Source: an uncultured delta proteobacterium (lineage in GTDB: Bacteria > Desulfobacterota > Binatia > UBA9968). From it: 23,256 bases of DNA. The translations under genes were made by a program, and so were the position numbers. Numbering within the stretch: position 1 is the first letter of the stretch; every line of letters begins with the position of its first letter. The notes beneath the pieces were generated by a model. It saw only the letters and a list, made by a program, of their open reading frames with translations, did no database searches and was not told the DNA's origin. The stretch spans positions 1 to 23,256 of the forward strand of contig CAWJBB010000028.1 of assembly GCA_963840855.1 (NCBI GenBank). Reading direction: 5' to 3'. Positions 15,660-23,256 of the stretch are shown piece by piece.

Positions 15660-16637
15660 ATGACTCGTACCGACGGCAAAGCGGATGCGCTGCACATAGC
15701 GACCTACTCAGGCTGGTATCGCTTCGAACAAAGCAATGGACTGTGGACGGAGACCGAACGGGCGCTTACCTTTTGGAAGATGACCTCGCTTCAAGTCGAT
15801 CCGGTTGATCCGCGCCATGTTTATATCGCGACGGAACATTCCGGGCTCTTCGTTACCAACGATGGCGGCGCCGTATGGAAGCGCGCCACGCCCAATGTGC
15901 CGCGCTTGACGACGAATGCACTGCTCGCGCTGCCCGGAACGATACTTGCCGGCACCTGGCCCGCCGCGCTTTATAGCGCCAGCAATGGCAGCGCATGGCG
16001 CGAGCTAGAGGGCGTGCGTCTCGGCGCCACCGGAGGCAGCTTTCCGCCAAGCCCGGAACTCAGCGCCCGCGTGCGCTTTCTCGCCGCGGACAATGCCTCT
16101 CCACGCAGACTTTTCGCCGCCATCGAAGTTGGGGGCATGTTAGTGAGCGATGACGGGGGAGAGCGCTGGTCTCAGGTCACCGCGGGGTTGGATGATCCGG
16201 ACGTGCACCAGATTCTTCCGAGCGCGAAAAATGAAGGGCTCGTGTTGGCCGCCTGCGGTGAAGGCATCTATCGGAGCGAAGATCGCGGCGAACGTTGGGA
16301 AAAAGTTACGCCCGTGGGGCCGCGCACCTTCGGCTCCTCCGTGATGGAAGATGGCAGCGGGACCCTTTATCTCGGCATAGCGCTTGGCCGGCCCAACACA
16401 TGGTTGCGAAAAGACCGCGCAAACGCGGCGCTCTACGTCAGCAAAAATGGCGGCTTGAACTGGAACATCGCTGTTGAAGGCCTGCGCGGCGGTATCATGG
16501 CCATGTGTCCGAATAATAGCGGCGACGGCATTTTTGCTTCGACGTCGGAAGGCGACGTGCTCGCCGTCGATTCTGCCGGGTCGCGCACGATCATCAGTCG
16601 GCTGCCGAGCATCACGGCGCTCGCAGTAGGCGCATAG
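15660..16637 (+). CDS. BNR/Asp-box beta-propeller protein (WD40/YVTN/Ycf48-like), function unknown
   Basis: Asp-box repeats TNDGGAVW, SDDGGERW, SEDRGERW and SKNGGLNW. AGAGG RBS before ATG 15660. No signal peptide visible. Confidence 0.85.
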   Translation: MTRTDGKADALHIATYSGWYRFEQSNGLWTETERALTFWKMTSLQVDPVDPRHVYIATEHSGLFVTNDGGAVWKRATPNVPRLTTNALLALPGTILAGTWPAALYSASNGSAWRELEGVRLGATGGSFPPSPELSARVRFLAADNASPRRLFAAIEVGGMLVSDDGGERWSQVTAGLDDPDVHQILPSAKNEGLVLAACGEGIYRSEDRGERWEKVTPVGPRTFGSSVMEDGSGTLYLGIALGRPNTWLRKDRANAALYVSKNGGLNWNIAVEGLRGGIMAMCPNNSGDGIFASTSEGDVLAVDSAGSRTIISRLPSITALAVGA

Positions 16638-16653
16638 ATTGTCGCTTCGCTCC

Positions 16654-16753
16654 CGTTCCAGACGTTCCAATCGTTCAAGCCGTTCAATCCCCCGCCTTAA
16701 TCCCGCGTCGCGCGGGGAAGGACAGTTGAACATTGAACCTTGAACTTTGAACC
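16654..16753. repeat. Tandem 9-mer x4, GC hairpin and tandem 7-mer x4 between convergent genes
   Basis: CGTTCCAGA/CGTTCCAAT/CGTTCAAGC/CGTTCAATC (16654-16689); CCCGCG-TCG-CGCGGG (16702-16716); TTGAACA/TTGAACC/TTGAACT/TTGAACC (16726-16753). Confidence 0.8.
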
Positions 16754-16779
16754 AGTAAGCCTTGCCTGTTGCTTGCCCG

Positions 16780-17823
16780 TCATTTGCGTGAGATTTCGAG
16801 CAGCATCTTGTTCCATCGCTCCATCGTTTGCACGTAGTCATAGGTCGTCAGACCCTGCTCGGCATACCATCGTTTGTATCCATAGTCTTTTCGCGGGCTG
16901 CCGTAGCCAAATTTTTCGACCAGTATTTTTTGGCCTTCCGGTCCGATCATGAAATCAATGAACAGCAACGCGGCGTGCGGGCGTTGTGTATTCGTGAAGG
17001 TGGCCAATGTGCCTGCATTGGTCGGGACTAAATCCAGCGGCAGCCACGCCACCGGGGCTTTGCGCATTACGGCCAGCCTGATATTACTGTCCACGGCCGT
17101 AAACGTGAGCGGCACTTCTCCGGAGACGATTAACTCATTCAAACCCAGGGCGGGCATTGAATAGTGCTTGATTTCTTGTGCCGCTAATTTCCTGACGAAC
17201 CCTTCGCCCTTCGCTTTCAGCATGGCGCCCAGCATGCGTGTGCCGATTTCCTCAACGCTGATTCCCATCTTGCCTTTCAGCGCCGGCTTCAACAGATCGT
17301 CGAAACTCTTGGGCACTTCGGTTTCACGGATGATGTTCTTGTTGTAACCGACACCGACGTAGGATTCGCGGTCCACGGCGTTGAAGAATAATCCTCCCGG
17401 GGCCTTTTCTTTCGAACCCTCGGGATAGTCCGCGAGATGCGGCGACGAAAAGGGCAAAAGCAGCTTGTTGTCGCGCAGCAGCATCACTGCGCCGGGAGTG
17501 GTTTCGATGGCATCGACATTGTAGCGTCGCGCCTGGGCCTCGCTCACTATTCGAGTTGCCAAATTCGTCGCCGGAGCGCGATAGAACTCGACGGTCACGC
17601 CGGGATACTTGGCTTCGAAGGACTTGGCCATTTCCTTGTAAGTGCTGAGCGACGTGTACCAGATAAGCTTCCCTTCCTTTTTGGCGCCCTCATACAGCAC
17701 ACGCTCACGGTCCGCGCCCGCGTACTTGGCCAGGTCGGCGGCCGTCCTGGGCGGTGGAGTCTGGCACCACGCGTTACCCAGCAGGGTAGCGGAAACTAGA
17801 ATGGTAATTCCCAACGTCTTCAT
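16780..17823 (-). CDS. ABC transporter substrate-binding protein (Fe3+/polyamine-type)
   Basis: GGGAG RBS, ATG 17823, signal peptide MKTLGITILVSATLLGNAWC. Motifs GAKKEGKLIWYTS, GYNKNII, FDDLLKPALKG, PHAALLFIDFMIGPEGQ. Confidence 0.92.
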   Translation of the reverse strand: MKTLGITILVSATLLGNAWCQTPPPRTAADLAKYAGADRERVLYEGAKKEGKLIWYTSLSTYKEMAKSFEAKYPGVTVEFYRAPATNLATRIVSEAQARRYNVDAIETTPGAVMLLRDNKLLLPFSSPHLADYPEGSKEKAPGGLFFNAVDRESYVGVGYNKNIIRETEVPKSFDDLLKPALKGKMGISVEEIGTRMLGAMLKAKGEGFVRKLAAQEIKHYSMPALGLNELIVSGEVPLTFTAVDSNIRLAVMRKAPVAWLPLDLVPTNAGTLATFTNTQRPHAALLFIDFMIGPEGQKILVEKFGYGSPRKDYGYKRWYAEQGLTTYDYVQTMERWNKMLLEISRK

Positions 17824-17875
17824 TGATGGTCTCCCGATTGTGCAGTGTTCCAGTCGATGCGCTGAGATAGAGCGA

Positions 17876-18986
17876 TCATTTTTTCGCCGCCAGCGATTCG
17901 AGCCATGGTCTGAGCTCGTTGATCTTGTCCTTATGCTCCTCCAGGCCGGTGAAAAGATACTCGCGCTTGTCATCGAGTATGTAGAAAGGATTGACGATGC
18001 CTTCTTTGGGTATATCAACGCGGAACGAATTTTCTCTCGTGAGCTTTTGAAAATTAGTTTGTCCGTGCCGCGACAGAATCCAATTCAGAAACACCTTGGC
18101 AGCATTAGCATGGGGGGCCGAAGCAAGCAGCGCTGCCGGGTCGGTGCCGGCACCGACGGCGGACAAACCTTCCAGATGGATCGGTACCACCGGCAAACCC
18201 TTGGCTGCAAGGTCATCGCAATCGACGCCGCCGATAGCGATCGGAAATTTACCCCCGGCTACCCAGTCGGCGATCTGTGATAGATTACGCGAGATCGTAA
18301 TATCCATTTCGCCGTACAGCCGTTTTAGATAATCCGGGCCTAGGTCTTTGCGAGAATACAGCGCGTACATTTGGTTGCGCGCACTGCCAATCCTAAGATC
18401 CTGGGAGACCATCTTCCCTTTCCACTTCGGTTGCAAAAGATCCCAGTAGCTTTTGAGTTCGTTGACTTTGACTAGGTTTGTGTTGATGCACGCCGCGGTA
18501 TACGGCACGGCGCGCCACAGGGAAATATATTTCTCGTCGCTATCGGCGAACCAAAGTTTGCCTTTGAACCAGGCGTTGGCGTCCAGAACTTCGGGGAGGA
18601 TGAGGAGGGGACGAATCGGATTGAGGAAGCCTTTGTCTTTCAACGTGCCGAGCAAAATGTCCGTGCCGCCCAAAACCAGATCGGTTTGGCGAATGCCGGC
18701 GCGTTGCTCGGCCATGATACGCGAAATGAGTTCGCTGATGCGGCCCGGCGTGTAGTTTACTTTGATCTTTGGATGAGCCTGGTAAAATACATCCGTATAG
18801 ACCTTTTGCTGGTCGCTGCCGGTTGGCCCATAGATAACCAAGCGCCCTTCTTTTTCGGCTGCCCTCTGTGTTGCCTCCCAATCGGTATTCCAACTCGCCC
18901 GCCTGAGCCGCAAAAAGCTCGCCGTGGGCAAGAACCGCGAACAGAACAGAAACATTTAAAAAAACGTCGAGAAATGTTTGGCCCAC
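17876..18986 (-). CDS. ABC transporter substrate-binding protein with a 1-nt frameshift just after the signal peptide
   Basis: The signal-peptide-like segment MGQTFLDVFLNVSVLFAVLAHGELFAAQA (GTG 18986, GAGGA RBS) is in one frame. The mature domain ASWNTDWEATQRAAEKEGRL...INTNLV...WDLLQPKWKG...APHANAAKVFLNW is in another. The junction is at the G run 18898-18900 and the total length is 3n+1. Confidence 0.85.
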
Positions 18987-18989
18987 AAT

Positions 18990-20180
18990 TCAGATCCTCA
19001 CGATACGCGGCAAGTGATCGACCATTTCACCCTTATTCACCAGCCGGCCGGAGCCAACGACGTCGAAATGAAGCATCTCGTTGTCCCGGAGGGCGCGCAG
19101 GATTCCCGGCGGATCTTCACTGCGCAACACGGCTTGGATTGCCGACAACCAGAGCTTGCGCACTTGAATGACGCCGCGGTCCGAGAAGCCGAGATGTTCT
19201 GCCGTTCGATCCGCGATGCGGCCTTGGCCGATCTGAGCCGCGGCGTCTTGACCGTTGACCGTCGTCATGTCGAATTTCACACGCGTGCCGCGCATGAGCG
19301 GTGGAGGTTTCGGCGAGTTCCGCGCTGACCGAATCGTCGATTTGCCGTCTTTGAACGGGTAGAACTTCAAAATGAACGAGTAGGTATTGTAGTCATCCAC
19401 CGGCATGCGCCAGGCAACGTCGGCAAAATGAGCGTTCGAGTCGCCCGGCAGCGAACCACCGTCGTGGATGACGAGTATCGGCGGTGTGTAGGAAACTTCG
19501 CGGTGCCATTCTTTCCCCGGTTCCGGTCCTTGGCGGCGCGCCACATAACTAGCGAATAGATCGTCGGCGAGCACTTCAAACTCGGGGCTCTCGGCACGTT
19601 CCGGATTCTGCCGTACGCCGTTCACGTCGCGGCCGTGTAGGATGGTGGCGTGCACCGGATCGAGACAGTTGTCGAGCTGGTTCATGAAATTGCACTCGCG
19701 CAGGTAACCATTCAGCGTGCGCTCGCCATCTTCGCGGACGAGAAAGTCGTAGCGCGGAAAGGGCGGCGCTTCGCCGGGGCCCATATAGGCCCAGACAATG
19801 CCACCTTGCTCCCGGGTGGGGTAGGCTTTGAGCTTGATCTTATCGTTGAAATTACTTCCCGCGGGCTCGCCCGGCTGTTCGATGCAGCGGCCATTCACGT
19901 CGAAGACCCAGCCATGATAGCAGCAGCGGATACCGCCGGCTTCGATCCAGCCGTATTCGAGCGACGTGCCGCGGTGCGGGCAGCTCGGTTCGGTCAAGCC
20001 GACGCGGCCAAACTGGTCGCGAAATAGCAGGAGGTCTTCCGCGAGCCGGCGGACAATTTTGGGTTCAGCCGCTTTGATCTCATCAGAAAAACTCACCGGC
20101 AGCCAATATCTACGTAACGTTTCGCCCGCCGGCGTCCGGGGGCCGACGAGGGTCATCATGTCGTTTTCTCGTTGGTCCAT
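18990..20180 (-). CDS. Rieske non-heme iron oxygenase alpha subunit (phthalate 4,5-dioxygenase/LigX-like group)
   Basis: Rieske ligands CPHRG...CCYHGW; mononuclear Fe site DNCLDPVHATILH plus GQDAAAQ; VGPRTPAGETLRRYW and EHLGFSDRGV are typical of the group. Confidence 0.93.
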   Translation of the reverse strand: MDQRENDMMTLVGPRTPAGETLRRYWLPVSFSDEIKAAEPKIVRRLAEDLLLFRDQFGRVGLTEPSCPHRGTSLEYGWIEAGGIRCCYHGWVFDVNGRCIEQPGEPAGSNFNDKIKLKAYPTREQGGIVWAYMGPGEAPPFPRYDFLVREDGERTLNGYLRECNFMNQLDNCLDPVHATILHGRDVNGVRQNPERAESPEFEVLADDLFASYVARRQGPEPGKEWHREVSYTPPILVIHDGGSLPGDSNAHFADVAWRMPVDDYNTYSFILKFYPFKDGKSTIRSARNSPKPPPLMRGTRVKFDMTTVNGQDAAAQIGQGRIADRTAEHLGFSDRGVIQVRKLWLSAIQAVLRSEDPPGILRALRDNEMLHFDVVGSGRLVNKGEMVDHLPRIVRI

Positions 20181-20231
20181 TCATCGCCTCTTTAAGATTA
20201 TACTTCCGCCTAGCCACGACCACTCAACTTG

Positions 20232-20255
20232 GGCCGCGCGCGTCATCGCGCGGCC
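20232..20255. terminator. Strong GC hairpin downstream of the CoA ligase, a possible terminator or REP-like element
   Basis: GGCCGCGCG-CGTCAT-CGCGCGGCC with a perfect 9-bp stem but no clear U-tract. Confidence 0.35.
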
Positions 20256-20330
20256 TAACTCAAAAGTTATTTTTCATTGTCGCCGATGCCCTGGCGAAGT
20301 ACTTGTCGATTCGATTGGCAAATATTGCTG

Positions 20331-21746
20331 CTATTCATCATTCGCCACAAGCGCAGATTTTAATATTTTTCCCGTGGGACCTTTGGGCAGCTCGGGTAAG
20401 ATGTGCACCCGCCGCGGATATTTGTAGCGGGCGAGATGATCCCGGCAGTGAACGAGCAAATCCTCAGAGGTGAGCTTCTCCATACGCTTCAAACTGACAA
20501 AGGCTGCAACCTCTTCGCCGAGATCTAGGTCTGGAACACCCAAAACCGCAGCCTCCGCGACCGCCGGATGAGAAAGGAGAACGGCTTCGATCTCCTGTGG
20601 AAAGACCGAATATCCTCCCCGCAGGATACGCTCCCGCTTGCGGCCGACAATCTGAACATAACCCTCCGGCGAGACAATCGCGAGATCACCGGTCTTGAAC
20701 CAGCCATCGGAGATGACGGCATCGGTTTCATCAGCGGCATCCCAGTAGCAGTCCATCATCGCCGGCGATTTGATCCAGAGTTCGCCGATCCCGTCGCGGC
20801 TCATTTCTTCGTCAACAATCGTCCGGATTTCTACGCCCGGGACGGCTCTGCCGACGGCTTCGGGAATGTCGTTTGGATCATTTGAGCGGAAGGATAGCGG
20901 CCGGAACAGTTCCGTCATGCCGTAACCGCGCACGATTCTGGTGGCGGTTTTTTCGCTCCATTCCAGCGCCAACTCCCATGGACAGGGAGCTGCGCCGGCA
21001 ACCGCCAGACGCAGGCTCGAGAAGTCGGCCTGAGCAAACGCCGTCGAATTCAGCAGGCGACGGAAAATCGTCGCGACGGCGGGAAGCACCGTCACATGAT
21101 GTTTCTTTATCGCGTGGAAAACAGCTTCAGGCGTAAAGCGTTCAAGGAGAATGACCGTCGCCCCGGTGAGAAGCGGCGCCAAAAGACCGCCGTTGAGCCC
21201 GAGCGAATGCGCCAACGGAACGGCCACCAGCACTGTATCCTCGGTGGTGAGACTCATGACCGGCTCCGCCCAGGAATGATTGGCGAAGGTCAAGGCGTCA
21301 TGACTGAATACGGCGCCTTTAGGGCGGCCCGTACTGCCAGAAGTATAGAGAATCAACGATGGCGCATTGACATCGATCATCGTCTGCCAGGAACCTCGAT
21401 TCATTAAGACTCGATCGACGCTCAATTTCGGTCTGAGATCCGTTTTGAACGCGGCCAACTCTTCGCCTTTGACTAACGGATTAAGCGGCGCCGGCGTTGC
21501 TCCCAATTTGAGAATTGCCAAGAACGCGATGACGAATTCGACTCCGTTCGGCAGTAAGAGCGCGACGCGATCGCCCGCCAAAACGCCTTGGGTTGAGAGA
21601 TGTCGGCTAAAGCCCGACGCGAAAATGTCAAGCTCCGACCAGGTGAGCTTCCCATCTTCCCACAGCAGCGCCGTTTTGGCGCCGAGGCGGCGCGCGTTGG
21701 CTTCGATGGCGCAGACAAAGTTTTCTTGCATGGGGGCATTCTTCAT
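20331..21746 (-). CDS. Class I adenylate-forming enzyme (acyl/aryl-CoA ligase)
   Basis: YTSGSTGRPKG P-loop, GYGMTE, WFKTGD, GRKRERILRGG and LPKGPTGKI catalytic Lys. Confidence 0.93.
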   Translation of the reverse strand: MKNAPMQENFVCAIEANARRLGAKTALLWEDGKLTWSELDIFASGFSRHLSTQGVLAGDRVALLLPNGVEFVIAFLAILKLGATPAPLNPLVKGEELAAFKTDLRPKLSVDRVLMNRGSWQTMIDVNAPSLILYTSGSTGRPKGAVFSHDALTFANHSWAEPVMSLTTEDTVLVAVPLAHSLGLNGGLLAPLLTGATVILLERFTPEAVFHAIKKHHVTVLPAVATIFRRLLNSTAFAQADFSSLRLAVAGAAPCPWELALEWSEKTATRIVRGYGMTELFRPLSFRSNDPNDIPEAVGRAVPGVEIRTIVDEEMSRDGIGELWIKSPAMMDCYWDAADETDAVISDGWFKTGDLAIVSPEGYVQIVGRKRERILRGGYSVFPQEIEAVLLSHPAVAEAAVLGVPDLDLGEEVAAFVSLKRMEKLTSEDLLVHCRDHLARYKYPRRVHILPELPKGPTGKILKSALVANDE

Positions 21747-21767
21747 TCCATCAGCTCGGGTTTATCT

Positions 21768-21837
21768 GGTTCAAGGTTCACCGTTCTATGTAGCTCCCCT
21801 CCGTCAACCTTGAACCTTAAACCTTGAACGTTGAACC
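21768..21837. repeat. Inverted arrays of the TTGAACN heptamer
   Basis: GGTTCAA/GGTTCAC/CGTTCTA (21768-21788) face TTGAACC/TTAAACC/TTGAACG/TTGAACC (21810-21837). This is the same unit as at 16726-16753. Confidence 0.75.
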
Positions 21838-23206
21838 GCGTTCTTCATGCCACTTGCCGGTAAAATCCTTGACGTTGATACGCTGCCAGACTTCCCGCGG
21901 AACACGATGGCGCGGGGTGTAAGCGCGAGGGAAGGTTTGGCCGTCGCGTCGACTCCCCACTTTGCGGTGTTGCCATCCTCTTTGGTCGATGGGTCGAGAT
22001 CTGAGCCGCGGGCATTCGAAACGATAACGATGTCGCGGTCGGGCTGGCAACGGGTCGCAATGGCCCAGTTTACCTGCCGGTCATTAAAAATATCCACGTC
22101 ATGATCGACCACAACGACGCGTTTCATGTAGAGATCGGCGCCGAGCACGGCCAAGATGGCGTTTTTCCCCTGGCCGGAAATCCGTTGTTCGATGGATACA
22201 TAGCAGGTAAACGGCGCCGGCACGCGCACGGCCTTCACCGTCGGAACCATCGCCCGCACCGCGCGGTAAAGATTCGCTTCGATTGGCGTGGTGGAAAGCA
22301 TCAGGTGATCGAGGTGCCCTACCGTGATGTCTTGGAAGATCGCGTCGCGCCGGTGGGTGATCGCATGCACTTTTAGCACTTCGCGTTGACGCTTGCCGAG
22401 ACTGTATCCGGTGAACTCGCCGAAAGGGCCTTCCGCCGTGCGCTCGTGCGGTAAAATTTCTCCTTCGATAATCATTTCCGCGTGCGCTGGAACGAGGACA
22501 TCTGAAGTTTCACACTTGACCAACGCGAGCGGTTCGCCGAGCAGCCCGCCCATGATTGCGCGCTCGTCCTCATCAATAGAGCCGATGGCAAGACAGCCCA
22601 GCGCGATAGCCGGATGAACGCCGATGGCGAAAGCCACAGGCAGCGGTTTCCCCTGCGCTTCGGCGGCACGTTGGAACTCCCAGAGATGTTTCGCCAAGGT
22701 GAGATGAATCGAAGTGGTGTCGCAGCCTTTGATCATGAGCCGGTTATAGGCGCAGTTCCAGGTATCACCGTTTGGATCTTTCGCAAACGATATGGCCGCC
22801 GTGATATACGCGCCGGCGTCTTCCTGGTGGTGTAGAATCTGCGGTAGCTTATAAAGATCGATCTTGTCGCCGGTTAGAATCACCTCTTTCACCGGCGCTG
22901 CGGAAACCACTTTGGGCTGGATCGGTTTTTCCATCGCGCGTAGGTACGCGCGTTGCATCTCCTCAGGCTTGGCATGGATCGCCTCCGCCAATCGAGAGCG
23001 GCCGGCATGAAGGTTGGTCAGCACGGGAAACTCCTGCCCTTTACTTTTTCGAAAAGTAAAATGGGCCGCCGTTTCGCTTCCTGTTCGAGCTTCACCGTGA
23101 TCGCGGTGATTTCAAAAGCCGGATCGACTTCGCGGGAAATAACTAGGAAATCTTCCGGCTGATTTTGTTTGATCAAATCCAGATAGCTACGAAGGTCTTG
23201 AGACAT
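21817..23206 (-). CDS. UbiD-family (prFMN-dependent) decarboxylase with at least two single-base frameshifts; 3' end uncertain
   Basis: MSQDLRSYL...REVDPAFEI...ILLFEKVKG / EFPVLTNL...DAGAYIT...YNRLM...EGPFGEFTGY...VVVVDHDVDI...WAIATR...LDPS...VDATAKPSLA / YTPRHRVPREVWQRINVKDF. Shifts near 23033-23042 and 21921-21927. Confidence 0.92.
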
Positions 23207-23256
23207 AGAATATACCCTTCCCCAATCATTTGATCATCAATTCCCCCGCGTTCCGA

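Noticed and set aside
16654-16753. CRISPR array
   Set aside because: The units are 7-9 nt and contiguous, with no unique spacers and no cas genes in the window.
16140-16841. 233-aa minus-strand ORF with ERLERLERLER repeats
   Set aside because: The periodic peptide is the translation of the intergenic 9-mer array, and the rest is antisense to the beta-propeller gene.
23018-23206. Independent 62-aa gene, or Sec readthrough at its TGA
   Set aside because: It is the UbiD N-terminus. The continuation is in a different frame, so this is a frameshift rather than readthrough.

Overview
A moderately GC-rich bacterial region, mostly on the minus strand, devoted to uptake and catabolism of small organic or aromatic acids. 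It holds nine solute-binding proteins (five Fe3+/polyamine-type ABC SBP paralogs, three NMT1/TauA-type, one TctC/Bug-type) but only one ABC permease and no ATPase. Enzymes include a dienelactone hydrolase, a homocitrate/isopropylmalate-synthase-like DRE-TIM enzyme, a cysteine-less maleate-isomerase/AMDase homolog, an amidohydrolase-2, a Rieske oxygenase, an acyl-CoA ligase, a UbiD-family decarboxylase and an Asp-box beta-propeller. The strongest hidden signal is at 10156-10746: two predicted ORFs are one in-frame AhpD/CMD-family gene with a CxxU motif (in-frame TGA) followed 11 nt later by a perfect SECIS-like hairpin, so it is a probable selenoprotein. Also present are a triply frameshifted RAYT transposase with an adjacent GTAG REP, an orphan IS end, several REP/MITE-like intergenic elements and 7/9-mer tandem repeats. 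Single-base indels recur in several genes and may be long-read errors. Gene content and repeat style resemble Ca. Binatia/Deltaproteobacteria-type genomes, which is inference only.
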